Positions 53,229 to 64,000 of a stretch of 64,000 bases of DNA are shown here, one piece after another. The number at the start of each line of letters is the position of its first letter. Position 1 is the first letter of the stretch. The stretch lies in assembly GCA_964016885.1 (NCBI GenBank), contig OZ024741.1:377394001-377458000 (forward strand), given 5' to 3'. The translations under genes were made by a program, and so were the position numbers. Under the pieces are notes generated by a model. That model saw nothing but the letters and a program-made list of their open reading frames with translations, searched no databases and was not told the DNA's origin. The DNA comes from Eledone cirrhosa (taxonomy: Eukaryota).

Positions 53229-55167
53229 TTGCAAATTGCGGGTAGCTGGTGTAGTATTTGCTGAATTATCACATATGCAAATCTCCTTTAATATTTATTG
53301 TCTAAATGATCAGAAAACCACATCATTAACAATCAAAAGCAAACCAATAATATCAACAAGAGTTTCATTTTACAACACGTATCGTATAGTTTAGATATGT
53401 TTCTATCTCATATTATACAACATTCTAACGCAAAGTTATATTTAAATAATTTAACAATGATGAAAAAAGTAGAATTTGTTACAAAATGAGAACAATTTCC
53501 ATATCCATTTATGCCATCTGCTTCATCGCAAATAAATAAGAGAGAATATGAAAGCAGAATGAGTGTTTGAATTCATTAGAAATTGTCGACGTATTTGCAA
53601 TGTCAGATATAATTTCATTGAATGAGAATAACTGTTTCTGTGAAGATGGAATATGGTATAAAATTCATGCTTCAAACATAATAAATAATGTGATCCGTAA
53701 GCGTATTTTGCTGTAATATTACATGATTCAGATATTGACCTAAAATGCACCTGCACAAGAGCTACGATTGCCTTTCTTTACAAATAAGCTGATGTTTTGG
53801 AGCAGATAAAAGTTGAATGGAACATACAAAAGTGGAAACCAACAATAGTATAAGATTAAACAAAAGATAGAAAAAATAGATGGAATTATTTAATGTATGT
53901 AATATTGATTCATGAAGTAATCTAAAGCGCACTTACATACAATATTTCAAATAGTACAATCGGAATGAATCGGCCCAATACTTGACTAATATTTATTTCA
54001 TCGACGATAGAAGGGCTTCAAGTAAAAACGAAAATTGAGAAACACGGAATGCTGATTCCGAACTGGCATGGGGTGATCATGTTTTTGTTTCTCAAATAAA
54101 ACTACATTAACACACATTACTAATACAGGTAGTATTTACACTGTATAGACAATTCCAACAGACTTTGAACTTGAGCCACATAAAATGGAATACAACAAAA
54201 TTATTTCCCGGGTAGATGATGTGGAATTATTTTCCATCTGATACTTGAAATAAGATTAATCTAGTTTATATTCAACTATATTATATTGGTATTTACATTC
54301 ACTATATATCAATGGGTTACCTGCGGACCTTAAGTAAATAAAATTAGAATATTTTCAAAACATGTTACCTAGTTATATGTTTATTTGCCCTCTGGATTTT
54401 ACGTAGGTAATTTATGGCTGGAAAGATTATTCTTAAAATAGATAACGCATATTTAATATGTTTATCACATTGGAAGAAGAATTACATAATATTTTTAATA
54501 TCGTTCTTTTATGTCGTTAAGCTAATTCATATTCGTATTTGCATGAGCTATGTGGGAAAAATATGCCTCTACATAGCTAGTTGACTTCTTTAAGAACCTG
54601 GCAGACATTTCTTTAAATTCCATGAGGATTCAGAACACATATGTGAGTATATGTGACCATATATGTACCCGTATATGTATGTATGCATTTATGTCAGTGT
54701 GTACGTAGATGCGTATGTGTACACAATTTGATAAAAACATTCGTAACCTCTAGGTAAATATTTCTTAAATATTAAATCATGTTGATTGATATATTATAGC
54801 TAATAAATGCTTTCATAGGTTTTATTTTATTTTTTCTTAAAATACTATATATTTAGAATTAAATTTGCTTATAAAAATTAGGGAACAAACAAAGCTCTAA
54901 TTTCACTCTTATAATATATATTCAAGACAAAATGCGAGTATTAATTACATCAGTCAAACTAACCACTAGACAATTTATTCAGTTGTATATTTTTTTACGT
55001 CTAGCCTACCAGCATTGTTAACGATATAAACAAATTTATGTTTTTCAAATCCTCGTATCTGGAATTACAATAACATTTAATATTATCTAGTGATTCTGAA
55101 GATTTTTCTACAGAGGAAGTAAATCCTACTGCCTTCCATATATTAATGAACATGTGTAAATCGATTA

Positions 55168-55330
55168 AATACTTGTTTCTACGTTTGGCCCAATGCCATC
55201 AATTACCCCAGTGCATTACTGGTATTTTATTTTATCGACCCCGTAAGGAAGAAAGGCAAAGCTAACCTCGGTGGGATTTGGACTGAGACCGTAAAGAGCT
55301 GTAACTCTATGCTGCGAAACATGGCGTACG
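55168..55330 (-). mobile_element. tRNA-derived SINE copy, same family as 47666-48245
   Basis: CCCAGTGCATTACTGGTA...TTATCGACCCCGTAAGGA.GAAAGGCAAAG..AACCTCGG. Confidence 0.8.
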
Positions 55331-55906
55331 ATTAAATAATGTAAGATGAATGATCAAGTAACACAGTGCTATATCTGTTTGAAGAGAGCTTATTAAGTAT
55401 AAACAATGTATCATACACTTACTTTGTATGTGCTACCATTGGTTTGTGTTGTGGGCCCAGCTACGCCTAACACCGTATAATGAAGGAGGCAAGTTTAAAC
55501 TGATCATTCCGTCAGGCAAGTGGACAAAAATATGAAAAAAGGAAGTTGTTGTCATTCGATTAAAACTCTCTCCGAACAATATACATTTATGTTTGAAATA
55601 AGGGTGCAACTCTGGTTTGAAACCTGTCTGTATACGAACTTATCAAAAAATCATGGGGCTAATCTGTCAACCGGGTAAAAGTAGGAGACTCGTGAAATTA
55701 TTGGATAATTTGTAGACAGCTAAAATGATTAAGTTAAGAAGTTGTATATAATCAGACACAAACACGCACGGACTGAAACAAGAAATAAATGCGATTTATA
55801 ACGTAGATTTGCGCGCAAACCTGCCCTCGGTCTTGTATAACGTTGTACTCAAATGTATGTGTAGCTATACATTCATACATGTTTACACACATGCATTCCT
55901 GTACAC

Positions 55907-55949
<43 letters not shown>

Positions 55950-55972
55950 TACGCACGCACAAACACACACAC

Positions 55973-56027
<55 letters not shown>

Positions 56028-56289
56028 CACTCTTACACACACACACGCACACACTCTAACACACTCACACAACTCACACATATATATATATATATACATG
56101 AACAAACATGCGTATTCATTGAAATTAGAGTTTTTTTATTGGTGTTTTGTTTCACCAATTTCAATTTCTGATGTGTATAAGTTTGCATGTCCGTATGGTC
56201 GTTAATTCGCCAATCTGTGTATGTGCTCTGTTCACTCGTTAAGGTTTACTAGACGTGGATAGTATCATGGAAGGTTCAGCAGGTCTGTT

Positions 56290-56640
56290 TGATGGTGTCT
56301 TGCGGTGAAGGTTTTCAGTTGGATAAAATACTGGACATTTTAAGGCAAATTTGACCTGAAGATTTGAGTTTATGTGAGTATAGACGCTGTAAGATCCTGA
56401 ATTTCTCATGTACCAGAGCGAGTATCTTTTGCTTTCGTTTTATATGGTGTTGACTTTTTGAGCACTTCCCATATTATGTCATGGTTTATTCTATTTTCTT
56501 TCCTATATATAGATATAGGTGGTTTAAATTTGTGGTTGAGACTTCCTTGATCCATGTGAGATATCATATTAGTTATGTAGGGTTTTAAATCCCATTGGGT
56601 AACAAGTGACGTAGATTGATAATGTAAACACTTCAAACTT
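56290..56640 (-). pseudogene. Decayed Hydra-type PLE GIY-YIG fragment
   Basis: HDIIWEVLKKSTPYK resembles the W-x-I/L..Y segment of the other Hydra-type endonucleases. Confidence 0.5.
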
Positions 56641-56907
56641 CATTAAGGAGAAGCATACTATATTATTATTTAAAATATATCTTTCTCGAACAATTCATTA
56701 GGTCTCGAATAATGAGCTAGCATTATGTGAAGTAAACACACACACACGCACACAAGCACGCACACACACGCACACATACACAAACACACTAACTCATATA
56801 TATATATATATATAACGAAGGAAATGTGGTAAGGAATCAGATGAACCATAATGCACCAAAGTACTCAATACTTAGGGTAGTAGAGTGGGTAATAGGAACG
56901 AGTAGGA

Positions 56908-57001
56908 CCCCGACGGCTGAGATCAAGCCGTTTCGACGGCTAATTCTGGACTGAATGAAAAATGTTATCCTGGTATATGAATAGCCGAGCTTCTCAGGGG
57001 G
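56908..57001 (-). ncRNA. Type I hammerhead motif with full 6-bp stem III (core variant CTGAGAA)
   Basis: Reverse complement: CCCC CTGAGAA GCT-CGGCTA...TAGCCG-TC GAAA CGGCT-TGATCTC-AGCCG TC GGGG; lies in repeat ~56815-57250 next to (TA)n. Confidence 0.7.
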
Positions 57002-59999
57002 TGATTCCATATATGGTAAAAGTGATTGTCACAAGGATTGATCAAAAGTTTATTGTTGAGACAGACAATACTATCATGGCATTTTGTGGAAGGAAGGGGT
57101 AGCTGAACCTGCCAGTAGAAGAAAGAGGGAGAGGGTGTGGAGGAAACCCCGTCGTGCGTTGATAGTGCCAACTACAGCAGAATCCTAAGGATAAGAAGTC
57201 GATGAGTAGTATACTAGGGAAGCTGAGGGGGAGGAAGTCGAAACAATAAATCAATCAATATGGAGTAAATATATAGAAGAATAATAAGAATGTTAAAAAT
57301 ATAAAAAAAAACAAAAAAAAAAACAATTTCTGGTTACTATTACCCTACCACAATCATCAAGTCTCTCACTGGTACTGCTAAACTATAGAAAAGTGTAATA
57401 GGTGGGACGGAATACTAAATGCGAGATTGTAGTGAGAGAATTTTATGAGTTAGTAGTAATCGTCCAAATCTATCTTACAGTGACAGGTCAACAAGTAGGG
57501 GGCCAAAATACTAAAGAAACTACTACGAAATAATAATTCAGAATCCCGAAAATGAATACTAATACTATATATAAGAGTACCGCTACTATACATACATTCT
57601 AATACTAACTACATAGATGCTCGTACGATATATAAGAAACATTTAATACGAAAAATTAATTCAGACCCCCCCCCACCAAAAAAAAATAATAATAAATAAA
57701 CACTGTTATACGAGAAACACGTTGGTCTCTGAGACCAACGTGTAGAACAAATTCAGTCATCTGAAAATAGGAGAGAATTATTGAGTTTATAAAGAAATAA
57801 ATGTATTCAGGACACTTAATTACCGAACAAATGTATGCAATAAAGAAACCACCAGCATTCTCGTTAAAATATTTTGGGATAGTTTAATTAGAGCTGATCT
57901 TCAATGAAGAGCTCTCAAACATAAAAACGGCTGAAATTAGTTTTCACTGCAGCTGGCTTTTATAACACAAAAAACGTTTTGCATTTTCATATTATTCCTT
58001 ATACAGCACCCCATCATACAAAAAGCGCTAACAAAATTTGAATCTTTTGGTGATCACTAATTATATTAATCACATCAATCAATGTTTAGAGCCTGATGTT
58101 AATAACTAGAGATGGATGCTTTTGTATTATCATCAGAAAGGGGCTTGTTGTACATATGCAACTAGCTCCAAAAGTATAAGCTTCACTAGTATTTGTATTG
58201 ATTTCCTTATTGATTGTATTTGAAACATCAAGAGAAACTAAGTCGTAAAATATTGCATTCAGAAAACTTGGCTCTATTTCCATGACGGTACAGCATCAAT
58301 TGTGCTTCAATAGCATTTTGTTAATGCTGCTGATTGCAGCCTTTTTTCCTTTTAATTCTGTTCATGCATATCTGTGCATCCACAGAAAAATCTGCAGGAA
58401 AATACGAACAGTTAGTTCCCATGCGAAACAGCAATGGAACCATTCACCAGAACATCAAACCTCTTACATACATCGCACTTTATGCAAGCAGATATTGATG
58501 GATTTCTTTTTAGAGACCATACTTCACTGAAATCCTTTACAAGGCTGTTTTTTCTGTCGTTTTTTTTACATTAACAATTTACAACCCGAAACTGAAATAA
58601 ATTACTGATGTGATACATATTCGATATTGAAGTACTTCGAAACAGGACCTGTTGTATTAATGGCATTTTGAGTAGAGGCGCATGCTCTCTTTTCTTTTTT
58701 TGATCGTGTTCTTTCATGTGATATCAACTGAAATTTTTTATAATAAAAATGCATTTCTCTATAACTATGATATAGACAATCGGTAGAGTCAGTGAGTTGT
58801 TGTTCCGCAGACCGAATATTATATGGATGTGTACCCTATCATTACTATCCACAACGTTTGAGTGAACATAGTCAGATAGAAATGAAACTTATGTCACAAG
58901 TATACAGTGTATCTAAAGAAAGTATCTCCCCTTGTGCGCGGGCAGAAATGCTGGAAGTGGAATCCATTTCAGTAGATCACAAACATTGCCATTAAAGTAT
59001 GTGGCTTCGTGTTTGTTTATAAACTGTAGTTTGCATTTTAATTACATGTGTACCACCATAACACCGTTATTTGAAAATAACTTCCATGTGCCGCCACAGG
59101 TCTATAGTGAATTACGGGTTGGAAAATGAAATATGTGTCGAGAAAACATTTGCGTTCTAAAGTGAAGCGATTCCAGGTATTCACGAGGTCATTATGATCA
59201 CACTTTTGTGGATGCTCTTTAGGTCGGGTATTATGAACTATTTCCAATTGTTCTTGCAAGGCAGTCCAACAGAGATACATGCAGGATAACGCAGTTTTCG
59301 TGGATTTTAGACATTTACGCCTGTGCAGAAAACCCCAGTGTATCATATGTCCAGCTACCAGCCGGATCTATAGTGACAATTCTACTATTTTCCTTTAGAA
59401 CGGATGTACAGTACGTCCTTTTTGGTAGGTTTGCTAAGAAAACTCTACAGAGGATACGTCTAAAATGTGTGTTGACGGAATACTCCTCTCCGGCCTGCCC
59501 TTCATCAACTTCTTAACTTCTTTAAGTAACACACGAGGGAGGAAATGAGGTGAGAGAGGGAGCTGTTGCCTGCATTCTAAAGTGTTTTATAAACGATAGG
59601 TAAGACGGATGCGATTGATGAGGCTGAATAGATCTACGTTGAATTGGCCATTTTATGTGAATGAGAAAACCGTTTGAGGTAGCTTTGACAGTCCTGGTGT
59701 TTTGTTTAGGGTTCTCCTCGAAATTACACTAATCCGAACTCATCCTAGCTGCCAATTGTTATTGTTTGTATGGTTAGGAAATGTTTTTATTAATTTCAAT
59801 GTTAATCTCTCTACACATGTTCATTTGTGTAAGTCCATTTTTCATTCACTCAAGTTAACCCAAATCCGTGCAGATTTTCTTTCATCGTATCCTGCCTTAG
59901 ATCAACGAAAGGAATTTTTATTATTATCAATTTGTTTTCGCTTTATGTTCAGGCGAATTATCAATAAGCGAAAACCAGTGAGCTCAGGAGATACCTCGT

Positions 60000-62330
60000 T
60001 CCACCATGTTTAGAAAGATAAAAATTAGATGTTTGCACTAGTAAAATACTTAGACAGAATCTTCTACATTGCCTATAAGCACTGGTATTTCTTTAGCTCT
60101 TAACTTTCATATTTTCCAATTTCTATTTCGAGGTCTTTATATTTGAACATTTTGTCTAATATTTTCACAGGTACATTCTTGTATATAGGAACAGTAATGT
60201 GAATTAGCAGACATACATTCTGTTTAATGTCCTACAATATTTTAATCAGATCTCTTTGCATCACTTTTCCAGGATGTCTGAACTCTAAAGTTCCACAAAA
60301 TCTTAAATGTGACATTTCTCAAGTGGGTAAGTTGCTTGATACTCCTACCACTTCTTTTGATGGGGGGATCAGGATACTTTCACATTATCGAATATATTGT
60401 GCAGCTCTGTCGTGCATGTTAAACTGTGTTTGGGTTTAAAAGACTGTACTTGGCATTATATGTTCAATCATTTCTGGTTGTTTTTACACAGTATTTACGA
60501 TAGTTCTTTGTTGGAAGACACTGATATTGTGCTAATATATTCAGTTCTTCAGCCTCCGATTTCAGTCCAGAAGTTGCCAACCACTTATGGGTTGACATGT
60601 TGTCAACATTAGGATTTTTATCTCTTTCTCGGTATCTTCCCTAAGAGGCTTTTCTTGCCATTTCTCAGTCTGTCTCATCGATAATACTTTGTTTGCAATT
60701 ATATTTACCAGTGGTTTACCTTTCAGAAATAAATGGAATTTCTGAAGTGTTTAATTCATTAGTGTGTTCGTGTGCATCTTTTGTAATGTAACATGATTTG
60801 TCTGTCATGTTCGTGTTTCAGGACAGGTGTAATCACAAAAAACATTCGATTTCTTTAAATATGTACATAATGCAATTGTTGCAGTTTTCAAAGAGATATA
60901 TAACTGGATTGATCCACGCGGTCCTTGTTTCATAGTAAGATGTAGTCTGTATGTATCTGCCTTAGGCTGATGCATTTCTATATGGTTAAAGGTTTACTAT
61001 AAATGTTCGTTTCAGGCCCATGACAATGAAAGTATAAGTCACTACTGGAATGGCATGCATTTTTATGGCATTAATCCTATTCCTTGCACTTAACTCTGAT
61101 GGTACAACATTCCTTACTCTGCGGTAATGTAATATATCATCTTTATCCTTTCAATCATTATCGAGTGTTTTATTCCGTCTTCGTTACATGAATGGAGATA
61201 TTTATAAGTTTATTCCTTTGTAACTTCTCTTATTACTTGTTATGATCAAGAATAATGACAGAAGCTTTCATCAGCTTCCCTCTGACGGTAGTAGGGGGTG
61301 GCACATTTATCTATTCGAAATTTCATTTTAATATGATAACTGAACTGCTTTATTCTGTTAGCATTTTAATACTATTGAATTTTAAGCTATTTCCCTTTGA
61401 AATGACACGGTTGCATACGTCGTCATAGCAAAGCTAATTATTATATCCTCGCTACATTGCCAAACAAAATGTACCAATGAAACACGTTGCATCCAGTTTG
61501 TTTCCCATACAGCTTTAGATCATCCATAAAAAAGAGATAAATAATCAATGGCCTATGAACTCTCAGCTGATAGCCCAACCCAGTTTCTCTCAATATATGT
61601 ATCAAGTTTGTGAAAGCAACTACGAGAACAATACATGGTCTCTCTGGTAGATATTATTTTTGCTCTTGACAGTACCCCCCAAAATATCAGCAGTATATAG
61701 ATTTCGTTTTCAACTTGCTCCTAACTTTCGATATTAATTCCATGATATTCTAAGTTAATTCCACCATTCCATTTCTTTGTAAAGTCAAGAGGGAATCATT
61801 TCAAAAGCATCTTCTCAATCAATACAAGTCATGTTTAAATTAATTCTCTTCCGTTTACAATTATTCACGATACATATGTCTATTGCTATCTAAGCTTTAG
61901 TGCTTGTCCACCATTTTCTAGAATATTTCTGCTCATCAGGTATATCAATTTTGTTTTTAATGTGCATATTTAGTATTACTATTACTGGCAAAATCTTCCA
62001 CACCGGATTCGGGCCTAAAGCGCCTTCACGGGTCGTTCATGATAAAAATTGTGCGGCCTTCAACCAATCAATCAAGTACAAAATTTGGCCTTATATATTC
62101 TTGCAATGTTTTAAAAAAAGCGGAAAGTGATTTCATCCACTACCTATGATTAACATTTGGCACTGTTCACTTCCAATCCTTCATTGAAGTTAATATTTTC
62201 ATGACATCCTTATGACTTGCCAAAGCTGCTGTTTTTGTTCTTGTTGACATCCCTCTTTTTATTTTGATTAATATTTTTATTATCGTTATTATCTATCGAG
62301 CTGCTCATTATCTTTTGAAGTCGCTCGTAG
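60000..62330 (-). mobile_element. Decayed R4/Dong-like LINE (RT + RLE)
   Basis: IIYLFFMDDLKL (~61510-61545), ILWNFRVQT...RSD, CLLIHITVP and KMFKYKDL in the expected order. Confidence 0.75.
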
Positions 62331-64000
62331 CAGTGAATAATGTTAAAAATATTGAGGGTTTACTTGCAGAATACAAATTGAAAGATAAATGCAACGCAAG
62401 TTCTTGAATGTTACTCATAAAACTAAAACACTAATGATATAGTCTTAAAATGTCTGCATAAATGGAAGAGGGAGTTTTCAAAAATTATAACGGACAATAT
62501 TTAATATATTTAGGAGAAAATATAATGTTGACTCAAGTATTGAGCAATAGTTTACCAAAGGGCAAGAAGGAAGACACTATCTAACTAAATATTATTTCCT
62601 CCGTGTAAACATGCTTAGGTTTTCATCACTGCGAAAGAACAGATAAAACCAAGCCTGAAAGGTATAGTCCGTTACTTTCTCTCCAATTAAAGAAAGTAAA
62701 GCACCTAATAATATTTTTGCGAGCGAAAACACAGATCCAAATCACACGAAATTGAGAGGCGTATACTTATCCATAAACGTTTCTGCAGCATTTGTACAAA
62801 TATGATTGTACAAGTATGATTGTTAGTTTCGTTGCCATGATATGAACATATTGCCAGCGCGAGGTGGTAAACAATGAAATGTAGACACAAGGGATCCAAA
62901 TGGAGTTAGATATTTCATTGAACCTCGGAAGCAAGATATCTTTATTTAACATAACCAAATGAAATTATTTCCATTGCAAGACCTATGCATGTGGTGGGAA
63001 TTATATCAAAATTGTATCCTCTCCATCTCACCATTTCCTGCATTGTTTGGTTTATGATTTTGTATCTATAAACGGAAATGGCAGAATAACACGGATTATG
63101 TTACACGTATAATAGTGTAGTTACTGCAACGTTATTTGCATGTTGCCTCTGGAAAACCATAATATGGTATTATGTATATATTCACCAACTTATATCACAT
63201 TTATTATATTCTGTTGACCCTTATCCTCACAGGAATATTGTACAATTTAATATGATATTTTCGATGAAGGACGAAACTCTAAATATGTTTTCTTTTATAA
63301 AGATTGTTTATTTCATGGGATTATATATATGAAAAAAACAATTCCATATGCGCCGAAAGATTTCAGAATACATAGATAATTTAATTGAGTGAAATAATGA
63401 AAGATACATACAATTTTACAATATATTCGTCGTCGTTTGTATCCCCAGGGTATTGGTTTACTGGCATTCAAAAATCCATATATTTTCTGAAAACGTGCGT
63501 AATTTCTGTGTATTACAGTAAAGTAATAGAAATCAGTATATGACTAGGAATAAAATATACAATGCAAAATTGAAAATCTGCATGTGTCAAATAATTTTAT
63601 GAAGATTATATTACAAATATATAATATATGTTTAAGAATATCGATCCAGACGTTTTTAAATTTAGAAAATTAATTCGAATTGAAAACGTATATATCGAGG
63701 AACTACATTGACATAGTGGTATGAACGTTCCACAAGGGCTGGACAATACAAGGTCTTTAGAGAAGGAATCCCACTCAAGCCTGAGTTTCTGCTCTTCACT
63801 CCTGAAACAAATATATTATTCATCAATAATATATTATACATTTTACTATACGCTTTACTATACCGACATATATAGATGTTAGATTATATATTATCATATG
63901 GATTATCAAGAGCTGGTATAAAGATAGACAATCTATCCAATGGATATGCAACTAGATGACGCCAAATGACTAGAGAATGTGTGATGTATGATTAACGTAT

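Noticed and set aside
55450-55495. Twister-like ribozyme (CGCCTAACAC...GGAGGC)
   Set aside because: Only part of the P1/P2 resemblance is present; pseudoknot elements are missing or out of order
58000-59400. Short ORFs possibly from a decayed transposase
   Set aside because: No recognisable motif
63255-63290. Hammerhead-like TCGATGA AGGAC GAAA CTC TA
   Set aside because: No stem II or stem III pairing and an altered core; indistinguishable from chance

Overview
AT-rich, gene-free eukaryotic DNA that is almost entirely transposon-derived. The dense (TA)n/(CA)n/(GA)n microsatellites, tRNA-derived Meta-domain-like SINEs and decayed RTE, R4/Dong, L1-Tx1, CRE-like and Chapaev3 copies suggest an invertebrate, most likely an octopus/cephalopod (inference from repeat content). 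The dominant feature is a near-continuous, partly nested ~24 kb cluster (5.9-30.4 kb) of Penelope-like retroelements (RT + C-terminal GIY-YIG). It contains Hydra-type families (CxCx5C linker, GLYRDD, late CxxC) and a Neptune-type family, joined mostly through (TA)n tracts; further PLE fragments lie downstream. Manual reading of both strands finds about 26 type I hammerhead ribozyme motifs in about 18 sequence families. Some have intact cores and many carry substitutions; most have a self-complementary stem III and several have large inserts in stem II. They occur in PLE terminal repeats and in small ORF-less foldback or tandem elements (30.5-31.1, 31.4-32.3, 48.5-49.0, 50.4-51.4 kb) that carry a ribozyme on each strand: a candidate retrozyme-like set of non-autonomous RNA parasites riding on microsatellite-associated PLEs. 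No intact host gene is supported. All coding remnants are disrupted, and element boundaries were read by eye and are approximate.
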